Below, in pieces: positions 1 through 7,115 of a stretch of DNA of 55,630 nucleotides (its first letter is position 1; every line of letters begins with the position of its first letter). The notes beneath the pieces are model-generated. The model ran no database searches and was not told where the DNA came from. It was given only the letters and a program-made list of their open reading frames with translations. Source of the stretch: a virus; the IMG/VR virus record IMGVR_UViG_3300045988_032220. The stretch is one strand, 5' to 3'. The translations under genes were made by a program, and so were the position numbers.

Positions 1-81
1 ATGCCGTTTACTGCATCGGTCAGCTTCCCCAGCTCGTCCAGCCGGTGGGTGTTGCTCTGTGCACGGTTTTCGACCGCTGTC
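1..81. repeat. Left copy of 81-bp terminal direct repeat (identical to 55550-55630); circular-assembly overlap
   Basis: Base-for-base identity of atgccgtttactgcatcggtcagcttcccc...cggttttcgaccgctgtc at both window ends. Confidence 0.95.
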
Positions 82-110
82 AGGCGATGTTCCAGTTCCT
101 CGTCAGTCAT
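1..110 (-). CDS. XhlA-like lysis-associated membrane protein, N-terminal fragment (ATG at 110-108; continues at 55549..55342 in the circular molecule)
   Basis: ATG at 110-108 overlaps the holin stop (ATGACTGA). The frame stays open across the junction, giving about 105 aa: MTDEELEHRLTAVENRAQSNTHRLDELGKLTDAVNGMNTNIKL... Confidence 0.6.
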   Translation of the reverse strand, partial: MTDEELEHRLTAVENRAQSNTHRLDELGKLTDAVNG

Positions 111-498
111 TACGCTTGTTCTCCCCCACGTTACCGAAATGGGCCACAGTAGTGGTTTCTGCGGATTTCTTTGCCATGTAATCTTCGAGCTTCTTCTTGG
201 TAAAGTCGAACACAAGCTGCACGATCCAATCCAGCGTCCGCTCATTGATTGCCCAGTCCAGCCAGTCCGGGGTGTACCCACGCAGTACGGCAATGACATG
301 GGCTTTCTTTTCTGCACCCGCGCCACTGCCGAACTTTTCCTCTGCGTTGACGATCCACTTGTACACAGTCTTTGCGACCACAAGGCCGTAGCCCAGACGT
401 ACCGCCGCCAGCGCCGTGACCACAAGGCCGACCACCATGAAGATACAGGCCAGCCATTCAGGGAATGCCATCAGAAAAACTTTCAGAATGTTCTCCAT
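103..498 (-). CDS. Holin (LL-H-like, single N-terminal TM)
   Basis: 131 aa with hydrophobic N-terminus FLMAFPEWLACIFMVVGLVVTALAAV. Lies directly downstream of the endolysin and is translationally coupled to the XhlA-like gene. Confidence 0.7.
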   Translation of the reverse strand: MENILKVFLMAFPEWLACIFMVVGLVVTALAAVRLGYGLVVAKTVYKWIVNAEEKFGSGAGAEKKAHVIAVLRGYTPDWLDWAINERTLDWIVQLVFDFTKKKLEDYMAKKSAETTTVAHFGNVGENKRND

Positions 499-516
499 AC
501 TGTTTTCCTCCTACTT

Positions 517-939
517 TCAGCTCACCCACCGGCTCTTTGCCGCGCGGGTGTCGATATGTACCCAGCCGTGAGTACGGTCGGCGTGTCCTTCCTTCGGGTA
601 GCGGCCAATGCCGCCGCGGTTCGGCAGCAGGGTCTCGGCATATGCCGCGATCTGCTCCACCGTCACACCAGAAATCCAAATGTCAGCAGCCTTGCCGTAA
701 AGATGCTGAGAGAACTTCGCAGCATTCTTGATCGTGGCATTCTTGCTGGCCGTTCTGAAACCGCTGGTGATGTTCACCGGCTTCCCAAAGTGATTGCGGA
801 TTTTCTGAAGGATTTCCACCAGCTCCGAATCAATAAAGATCGGGTCGGTGTTATCCGAACAGCGGAACTCCCGCACCTTGAAAGACGGGGAGAGATTCTT
901 CTCGCCGTCCTTCGCCCACGAGTATGCGTTAATCGCCAT
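517..939 (-). CDS. Endolysin, peptidase M15 (VanY/YcbK-like zinc D,D- or L,D-peptidase)
   Basis: Zinc-ligand motifs SQHLYGKAADI (H-x3-G-x-A-x-D) and GWVHIDTR (H-x-D). 140 aa, in the lysis cassette. Confidence 0.85.
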   Translation of the reverse strand: MAINAYSWAKDGEKNLSPSFKVREFRCSDNTDPIFIDSELVEILQKIRNHFGKPVNITSGFRTASKNATIKNAAKFSQHLYGKAADIWISGVTVEQIAAYAETLLPNRGGIGRYPKEGHADRTHGWVHIDTRAAKSRWVS

Positions 940-1093
940 TATCGTTTTCTCCTTTCTGGCTCAACGCCATTTTGCAGCCGCTTGACCCACACTCAGCCAC
1001 CAGCACGGCAAACTCGCCGCGCTCTGCGGTCGTGTCCGCACCGCTGGTTTCCAGCCGGGTCAGCAGCCTTTCGCATAGATCAGGCCAACCCAT
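929..1093 (-). CDS. Small hypothetical protein (54 aa)
   Basis: Hand-translated ORF MGWPDLCERLLTRLETSGADTTAERGEF... It overlaps the endolysin start and has a weak RBS. Confidence 0.25.
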   Translation of the reverse strand: MGWPDLCERLLTRLETSGADTTAERGEFAVLVAECGSSGCKMALSQKGENDNGD

Positions 1094-1096
1094 CGG

Positions 1097-1273
1097 TTAG
1101 TCCTGCTCTTTCTGCTTTGCTGCCAGCAGACCGGTCAGCTCCGTGTAGTGCTCGTCGGTCAGCTTGCCAGCGGCATAGAAGATGTCGATCTTCTCAGCCA
1201 GACCGTCGATGGTGCCGCGCTGGATCATGCGCTTGCAGGTGCGATACAGAACCATTTCAGATGCTTTAGACAT
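1097..1273 (-). CDS. XkdX-like small phage protein (58 aa)
   Basis: Hand-translated MSKASEMVLYRTCKRMIQRGTIDGLAEKIDIFYAAGKLTDEHYTELTGLLAAKQKEQD. Strong RBS GGGAGGAAAAACATT-ATG. The G-x-(I/L)-T-x-E-x-Y-x-E-(I/L)-T-G motif resembles the XkdX family. Confidence 0.5.
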   Translation of the reverse strand: MSKASEMVLYRTCKRMIQRGTIDGLAEKIDIFYAAGKLTDEHYTELTGLLAAKQKEQD

Positions 1274-1290
1274 AATGTTTTTCCTCCCTA

Positions 1291-1509
1291 TCAGGTGTTA
1301 TCAGCGTTATCGGTATCGTCCGTATCGGAGACACCCAGCTCCAACATGGTGATGCGATATTCCTGATCGACCACCATTTCGTCCGTGTCACTCTGTGCAG
1401 CTTTCAGGGCCGCTACCGTTTCCAGCAGCTGTTCCCGTTCCTTCTGCTTCTTTTCTGCGGCTTCTTTCTCCGCCAGAGTGGGCAGGTCGTGTTTCTTCCA
1501 CTCAACCAT
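1291..1509 (-). CDS. Hypothetical acidic coiled-coil protein (72 aa)
   Basis: ORF in the late-operon orientation, between the DGR target and the XkdX-like gene. Confidence 0.55.
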   Translation of the reverse strand: MVEWKKHDLPTLAEKEAAEKKQKEREQLLETVAALKAAQSDTDEMVVDQEYRITMLELGVSDTDDTDNADNT

Positions 1510-1526
1510 TGCTCTGTTCTCCCTTC

Positions 1527-2783
1527 TTACTGGAATGCGCCGCTGATGGCTTCGATATAGCCGCCGGTGCCGGATGCACCGCGGCTGACGGAAACGCGGA
1601 AGTTGAACGCTGCGCCGTTGGTCGCCGTGCTGTTGGTGAACACAATGTTCACGCCCTTCTTGACTTCGACCGTTGCATCCTGCCAGACCGGCGACGGGTC
1701 GTTGGCGTTGTTCGTGACCTCGACCTTGAATGTGGCATCATCGGGGATGCTGCCGGTCACCTGCAAGACCGCCACGGTAATGTCACCGTCCACGGCCAGT
1801 GGGGTGGTCAGCGTCACGGTGGCGCTGGTAACGCTCTTGGTGAACGTAGCGCTGAGGCTGGTGCTTTCCTTGCCGTCGCTGGCCGTGATCTGGATGGTGT
1901 GGTTGCCGTTGAGGATGCGCCGGAAGCCGTCGGCGGTACTGCCCTGCCCGAAGGTCAGTGCAGTACCGCTTGCAACGCCGGTTCGGGTGGCGGTGGTCTT
2001 GCCGTCCAGCTTTTCGGTGACGGTCAGGGCATCGCCGTCGGCATCGGTAACGGTGTAGCCAAAGTTGAATGGCGCGTTCTTCTCTCCCAGATTCGTGGAG
2101 CTGGCGTTGATGGCCGGGGCAGTGTTGGTGCTGACCGTGCCGTCGTCAGAGACCACGAGTTCAGAGGGAAGTACAAAAGCGGGGCGAACACCGTAGGTGT
2201 AGTAGCAGTACCAGTAGTCGTTGGAACCATCAGACTTGACGCCCCAGACGGGGCTGCTGCTGCTGGTGTTCGGAGAGCGCAGCCACCATTCGGCAGCGCT
2301 GCTGCCGTTATAGGCGATACGCTTGCTGTTGCCGCCGGAGCCACTTCCGAAATAGTCCAGCTTTGCGCCATCTTTCGGGAAATAGCCGTTGTCGCTGGTC
2401 GTCCAGCCGACCTCGTAGCCAGACAGTAAGAACACTTTGGTGGAAAGACCATTCGCGCCAGTAGCAAGGCTGCCACCAGAGCCAGTGCCGTTCTGATACG
2501 GAATTTTCACCTGTTTGATTGCCGCCCGAATTTCGGAATCAACCAGATTATAGAAAGTGCTGTTCAGGTAGGAATGGATGCTGGAATCCTTATAGGAGTT
2601 GCTGTTACCGAACGTGCTAGTTGTGTAAATGTCCTTCATCACGACCCAGACACCGTTGCAGCTTGCATCATAGGCGCTGCTGGGCAAGCCCTGATGCACG
2701 ATGATGAAGTCTTTGGCCGCACCGTTGACCTTGATCTTGACGATACTGCCAACGGCCTTTGTGCTCAGTTTTACGTTTGCCAT
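1527..2783 (-). CDS. DGR target protein 1 (418 aa): N-terminal ligand-binding domain carrying VR1, followed by Ig-like/beta-rich C-terminal region
   Basis: Start ATG at 2783 is preceded by AAGGAGGTAACA; the ORF-track start at 2894 would overlap the RT. Contains VR1, encoding AAEWWLRSPNTSSSSPVWGVKSDGSNDYWYCYYTYGVRPA. Confidence 0.9.
   Translation of the reverse strand: MANVKLSTKAVGSIVKIKVNGAAKDFIIVHQGLPSSAYDASCNGVWVVMKDIYTTSTFGNSNSYKDSSIHSYLNSTFYNLVDSEIRAAIKQVKIPYQNGTGSGGSLATGANGLSTKVFLLSGYEVGWTTSDNGYFPKDGAKLDYFGSGSGGNSKRIAYNGSSAAEWWLRSPNTSSSSPVWGVKSDGSNDYWYCYYTYGVRPAFVLPSELVVSDDGTVSTNTAPAINASSTNLGEKNAPFNFGYTVTDADGDALTVTEKLDGKTTATRTGVASGTALTFGQGSTADGFRRILNGNHTIQITASDGKESTSLSATFTKSVTSATVTLTTPLAVDGDITVAVLQVTGSIPDDATFKVEVTNNANDPSPVWQDATVEVKKGVNIVFTNSTATNGAAFNFRVSVSRGASGTGGYIEAISGAFQ
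2178..2298 (-). repeat. DGR variable repeat VR1 (121 bp)
   Basis: Aligns without gaps to TR 4207-4327 (offset 2029). There are 12 mismatches, all at plus-strand T in TR (A on the coding strand). Confidence 0.93.
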
Positions 2784-2803
2784 TGTTACCTCCTTGCAAA
2801 AAA

Positions 2804-4033
2804 TCAGACCCACGGCAAAACGCCGATGGGCCTTGTATTCTGCGAGACGGCAACGGGCATAGCTTTGCGCTGCTTCTTGTAGATGCAGCGGCATTGCCGG
2901 GCGCGTCGCCGGTCTCGTGCGAGTTTATTCGAGTTGATTTTTCGGTGGATAGAAATTGTGCAGTTGAGCAATTTTTCCAGACGATCGGCGTACTGGCGGC
3001 GCAGTGCGTAGGTATCGCCGTGTGCAGCATGGGCATCCCATGCAAGGAAGCTACAAAGGATTTCTTCCTTTGTTACCTCACCCGCCGGGTATGCCTTTTC
3101 CCAATGCCTGATTTTGGCTTTCATCCGTTTGGCGCTGTCCCGACGCAGCTTTTGGACGACCGCGCCGGTTTCAGTCAGATACGAATGGAACCCCAGAAAA
3201 TCAATGCCGTTCCTCAGTGGGAAGATAGCCGTTTTCTGGTTCAGCTCCAAACCGTACTCGTCCATGAGCGCCCGCACATCCTTCAAGATGCACTGCAACT
3301 TCTGCTTGTCCGGGCAGATGATGTAAAAATCATCCATATACCGGCCATAGTATTTGATGCGGTACTTTTCTTTGATGATGTGGTCGAACTCATCCAAAAA
3401 CATGAGGGCGAAAAGCTGGCTGGTCTGATAACCCAGCGGCAGACCATCTTCCATCACGTCGATGTAGATGCAAAGCAGCTCGTAGATACGCGGGTCAACG
3501 CCGCGCTTGTCCAGAACCACCTTGAGCTTTCGTTTCAGCTTTTGGTGATTGATGCTGGCGAAGAAGTGCCGGACATCGCCTTTCAGCACCCAGCCGTCTG
3601 CGCCGCGCCCACTCCGGCTGTAGTAGTCCACCATGTGGGTTTTCAGGCGCATCAGGCCGTCGTCCGTGCCTTTGTCCTTCTGGCTGGCAAAGCTGTCCCG
3701 GATGAAGCTCTTGGTCAGGACTTCATACAGGATGTTATCTACCAGCGCGTGCAGCACCACTTTGTCCACGAATGCCGGTGCGTGTACAACGCGCTTCTTC
3801 GGCTCATAAACATAGAACACTTCAAAGCGGCTCGGCGTGTAGCATATCTGCTGCCGGATGTCCCCGCCCGGCTGCCGTACACTGCGGACGGCCAGCTTGC
3901 GGGACAGCTTTTCGGTACAGGCCAAAGCGCTGGCCTCATACTGGATCGTTTTGCTCTTACTGCGCTTTCCTTTTCGGGCTTCGAGGTACGCATTGTAAAG
4001 CGTCTCGAAGCTGCACAGTTCTTCGTATGTCAA
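2804..4033 (-). CDS. DGR-type reverse transcriptase (409 aa)
   Basis: YMDD box (YYGRYMDDFYII) and LGYQTSQ, which matches the (I/L)GxxxSQ signature typical of DGR RTs. Also IRDSFASQKDKGT. Located immediately downstream of TR. Confidence 0.95.
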   Translation of the reverse strand: MTYEELCSFETLYNAYLEARKGKRSKSKTIQYEASALACTEKLSRKLAVRSVRQPGGDIRQQICYTPSRFEVFYVYEPKKRVVHAPAFVDKVVLHALVDNILYEVLTKSFIRDSFASQKDKGTDDGLMRLKTHMVDYYSRSGRGADGWVLKGDVRHFFASINHQKLKRKLKVVLDKRGVDPRIYELLCIYIDVMEDGLPLGYQTSQLFALMFLDEFDHIIKEKYRIKYYGRYMDDFYIICPDKQKLQCILKDVRALMDEYGLELNQKTAIFPLRNGIDFLGFHSYLTETGAVVQKLRRDSAKRMKAKIRHWEKAYPAGEVTKEEILCSFLAWDAHAAHGDTYALRRQYADRLEKLLNCTISIHRKINSNKLARDRRRARQCRCIYKKQRKAMPVAVSQNTRPIGVLPWV

Positions 4034-4067
4034 ACTTGACCCTCCGCTGGTTCGCTGTTGCGGTAGT

Positions 4068-4137
4068 GGGCTGCATCCCCGCAGGGATGGCCCACCTCAG
4101 CGGGATGTGTTTATCACTTGCCTGCATCGGCAAGTGA
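4068..4137 (-). ncRNA. Structured TR-RT spacer of the DGR RNA (two strong hairpins)
   Basis: Perfect 9-bp stem tcacttgcc/ggcaagtga (4114-4122 / 4129-4137). Bulged 10-bp stem gggc..catccc/gggatg..gccc (4068-4093). Confidence 0.5.
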
Positions 4138-4206
4138 CGGGATACGGTTTCCTTTGGCTGTTGCACTGCTTTCGGCAAATGCCTACTCGTCTCGCAGATC
4201 AGCCGG

Positions 4207-4327
4207 AGCGGGGCGAACACCGTAGGTGTTGTTGTAGTTCCAGTTGTCGTTGGAACCATCAGACTTGACGTTCCAGACGTTGTTGCTGTTGTTGGTGTTC
4301 GGAGAGCGCAGCCACCATTCGGCAGCG
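4207..4327 (-). repeat. DGR template repeat TR (121 bp)
   Basis: Coding-strand translation AAEWWLRSPNTNNSNNVWNVKSDGSNDNWNYNNTYGVRPA with 11 AAC codons. It is the invariant partner of VR1 and VR2 and is not in a credible ORF. Confidence 0.93.
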
Positions 4328-4368
4328 TCAGAATATAAACCGTGCCCCTATTGCAAAACAGTTTCCTG

Positions 4369-4959
4369 TTATGCCGTTTTCTGCTCCTGCTGGGCAAAGA
4401 CGGCCCGAAGTGCTTTGACAAGCATTTCAAGCCGTTTCTTCTCTGCTTCCTGCCGGAGATTTTCTGCCCGGCCACGTTCAGACTTGAGCCACTTCATGGC
4501 CGGGTATTTTACATCCGTGATCTTCTTTGTCCAGATACCGGCTTTCTTGGTGCTGATGATACCATCCTCCGTGCAGAGGGTCAGATATTCTAGCAGCAGA
4601 GAACAGCCGTCCACGACCTCACCGATCTTTTCAATCCGCTTGTCGTACTCCGTGGCGAAGTTCACGTTGTTGGCCGCATGGGCATCCAGCAGAATCTTCT
4701 TAGCCGTTTCCCGGATGTCCCTGCCGTAGAGGTTGAAGGTGCTTTTCGTAAAGCCCTCTTTCTCCCTCACATCAAGGGCATGGACAGCGGTTGTGCAGAC
4801 CTGCTTCATTTCGCGGATGTCCTCAAGCGCAGCGGCTTTCTGAAATACCTTCCGGGCATCGCTCCGGCTGATGTCGTCCGAAACGATGCGGGTCGCCCTC
4901 TGGGTATACCTCAGCAGCTCCCGCGCTTTATTGCCAACCAGAAACGGTTGTTCAGCCAT
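4369..4959 (-). CDS. avd: Avd-like DGR accessory protein (196 aa, helical, basic C-terminus)
   Basis: Lies immediately upstream of TR on the same strand. Predicted helical with a basic tail (KWLKSERGRAENLRQEAEKKR). Larger than canonical Avd (about 120-130 aa). Confidence 0.55.
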   Translation of the reverse strand: MAEQPFLVGNKARELLRYTQRATRIVSDDISRSDARKVFQKAAALEDIREMKQVCTTAVHALDVREKEGFTKSTFNLYGRDIRETAKKILLDAHAANNVNFATEYDKRIEKIGEVVDGCSLLLEYLTLCTEDGIISTKKAGIWTKKITDVKYPAMKWLKSERGRAENLRQEAEKKRLEMLVKALRAVFAQQEQKTA

Positions 4960-4960
4960 A

Positions 4961-5353
4961 TCAGAACTCCACCCTCGCCTGATCTGCGTTCCACACGCCG
5001 GTGACGGTCAGGCCGTCAAGGCTGCTGAACGTGGCGCTGAACGGGTTCTTGGTGACGTTCGTGCCGAACTTCAACTCGATTGCCTTAATGCTGGCATTCA
5101 TCGCGGCCACGCTGGCGCGGATGTCGCCGTGTGCATTCTCTGCGGAGTTGTGGGCATCGACGGCAGAGCTGATTTTCTGGTCGGTCTGAGCCTTGGTGTA
5201 TGCGTCCACCGCCGGACGCTGCGATTCAGACAGCTTACCATCCGCATCCAGCGTTGCCACGCCGCCGGGGGCACCGGCCTGTTCTGTTTTCAGATAGCTG
5301 GATTCATCGTTCGACACGCCCGGCACGGCGACATTCACGTTTCCATATGCCAT
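4961..5353 (-). CDS. Tail-fibre-associated protein (130 aa)
   Basis: The motif GGVATLDADGKLSESQRP resembles a motif common in phage fibre proteins. Translationally coupled to the avd-like gene. Confidence 0.6.
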   Translation of the reverse strand: MAYGNVNVAVPGVSNDESSYLKTEQAGAPGGVATLDADGKLSESQRPAVDAYTKAQTDQKISSAVDAHNSAENAHGDIRASVAAMNASIKAIELKFGTNVTKNPFSATFSSLDGLTVTGVWNADQARVEF

Positions 5354-5356
5354 GTG

Positions 5357-5779
5357 TTAGTCCTCCTTTGGCTTTTCGCCCTGAATGATCCGGTACTCAG
5401 CAGTCAGCGCTTCCGCCGGGGCTTTCTTCGCCCAGATACAAATTTTCCCGGTCTGCGTTTCGCAGGTCTGGCAAACACCGCAGTCCATCGCGGCGGTCAA
5501 ACTGTTCGGCGACAAGATGATGTCTGCGCGATCGGTCGCCGTCACATCTGCGGCAGTGATGTCGTAACGCATGGGGTATTCCTCCCACGTTTCATCCTCC
5601 ACCCAGCCGTCTGCCTTGATCGTGACGGGTACAGAGGACAGCCGGTCAACCTTTGCCCTGTCCATTTCCTGCATTGCTTCCAGCGTAGCATTGGACAGCT
5701 CACTTGCCAGCCCTGCCGCATACTTCTTTGCTTCCTGCGCTACCAGTTTCAGGTGGGTTACGAGTGCGATAATATTCAT
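5357..5779 (-). CDS. Hypothetical structural-region protein (140 aa)
   Basis: ORF in the late operon between fibre-like genes. Confidence 0.6.
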   Translation of the reverse strand: MNIIALVTHLKLVAQEAKKYAAGLASELSNATLEAMQEMDRAKVDRLSSVPVTIKADGWVEDETWEEYPMRYDITAADVTATDRADIILSPNSLTAAMDCGVCQTCETQTGKICIWAKKAPAEALTAEYRIIQGEKPKED

Positions 5780-5863
5780 TCACGCTTGTCCTCCCTAAAA
5801 AAGCAGGCGAGACCGCCATGTGACGGTCTCGCCCCTCATACTTCTTTGGTAAGGTCAGTCAGC

Positions 5864-6709
5864 TTATGCGCCGAAAACCTCGGTCAGCATCGCGGTCACA
5901 TCGCTGTCGGATGCGACGGTGCCGTGGATCACATCGGACGGCTCAGTGTACACGGTGGTGTCCACGCCGTCGATGGTGATATGGCCGTTGGTCTCGCTGG
6001 CGGCGGTCTTGGTGGCACCAGCAGAAATGCCCTTCAGCTTTTCGCCCTCTGCATTGGTCATCAGACGCTTGCCGGTCTCAGCGGCCACGAAGTCGGCAGG
6101 CTTCTTGCCGGAATCGGTCATGTTGCCGCTTTCATCCAGAGCGGCGAAGTTGCCAGCGGTGGCGTTCTTCACCTTGTCGGCCTTGCCGCTGATGTCCACA
6201 TACAGACCATCGTCCTTCAGAACCAGGGCGTTGCCGGCAGCAGCGGAAACATTGACCTTGACATCCACCTCATAACCAGCGATGGTAACGGTGGTGGAAG
6301 CATCCTTGCCGGTGGCCTTGGCCTTGTAGGTATCGACCAGAGCGGACATATCGAGGAAGCTGTAGGAGCAGCTGTCAGGGTTCTGGCCCTTCACAGCCAG
6401 AACCATAACGGGCTTACCTGCCAGCTTGGGGTCGGTAGCGCCGGGGTAGGTCTCGGTGCTGAATGCGAACTTCTGCACGAAGGTGGTCTTAGCCTGATCG
6501 AGGAACAGCTCCTTCGGGAAGTCGAAGGTGAATGCCGCAGTACCGGACTTATCAGCGCTAGTGTAGAAGCTGACAGTGTTGCCGGAAACGCCCAGAGACT
6601 TAATGGCCTTGGAAACGTCGGTGTTGATGTTGTCGATCTCGGCCTTGGTCTTTTCGGCCAGAGCCTTCAGAGCAGCCAGACGGACGAGAGCATTTGCATT
6701 GTAAGCCAT
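5864..6709 (-). CDS. Tail-fibre-like protein (281 aa)
   Basis: Coiled-coil N-terminus and Gly/Thr/Ala-rich beta region. C-terminal motif ASDSDVTAMLTEVFGA is shared with neighbouring genes. Confidence 0.7.
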   Translation of the reverse strand: MAYNANALVRLAALKALAEKTKAEIDNINTDVSKAIKSLGVSGNTVSFYTSADKSGTAAFTFDFPKELFLDQAKTTFVQKFAFSTETYPGATDPKLAGKPVMVLAVKGQNPDSCSYSFLDMSALVDTYKAKATGKDASTTVTIAGYEVDVKVNVSAAAGNALVLKDDGLYVDISGKADKVKNATAGNFAALDESGNMTDSGKKPADFVAAETGKRLMTNAEGEKLKGISAGATKTAASETNGHITIDGVDTTVYTEPSDVIHGTVASDSDVTAMLTEVFGA

Positions 6710-6795
6710 AGTAAAATACCTCTTTCTTATTTGTTCATGATAAAATATCCGGCTGCCCAGACTTCCCGGACAGCCGGTCGATTACAGATTGTGCA

Positions 6796-7101
6796 TTACT
6801 CGCCGAAAATCTCAGTGAGCATTTCGTTCGCTTCGTCGTCCGAAGCAATGGTCACAGCGGCAGCGCCCAACGGGGCGAGGTCGCCTGCGGCGTTCTGAAT
6901 CACATACGGGGTAGCTACGCCGTCCACGATGACGGAAAGCAGCTGGCCGATGTAGGCAGTGGGATTGGTCTTTGCGTATGCCTGCGCGGTTTCCATGGAC
7001 GGCCACACGGCGGTCTCATCCAGTGCGAAAGCGTCCTGCCGCTTCATAGCCAACGGGAACTCCATGTCGGAATACTTTTTTGCGGTATTGTTCACAGCCA
7101 T
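6796..7101 (-). CDS. Hypothetical fibre-region protein (101 aa)
   Basis: C-terminal motif ASDDEANEMLTEIFGE is shared with neighbours. Confidence 0.6.
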   Translation of the reverse strand: MAVNNTAKKYSDMEFPLAMKRQDAFALDETAVWPSMETAQAYAKTNPTAYIGQLLSVIVDGVATPYVIQNAAGDLAPLGAAAVTIASDDEANEMLTEIFGE

Positions 7102-7115
7102 TGTTCAGCCCTCCT

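Noticed and set aside
2784-2894. ORF-track start of DGR target 1 at 2894, overlapping the RT by 91 nt
   Set aside because: The internal ATG at 2783 has a perfect AAGGAGG RBS and lies just after the RT stop at 2804. The upstream extension has no RBS.
3957-4475. 172-aa minus-strand ORF covering the TR
   Set aside because: It reads the TR in a different frame from the VRs, giving low-complexity Thr-rich sequence, and has no RBS. The TR is better explained as the non-coding template of the DGR RNA.
4871-6898. Long plus-strand ORFs antisense to the structural genes (for example 4871-6898 at 675 aa, 7080-8573, 18535-20673 at 712 aa, 24061-25698, 15797-16963)
   Set aside because: They lie antisense to genes with clear family motifs. 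Their products are Arg/Gly/His-rich low-complexity sequences, typical stop-poor shadow frames of GC-rich DNA.
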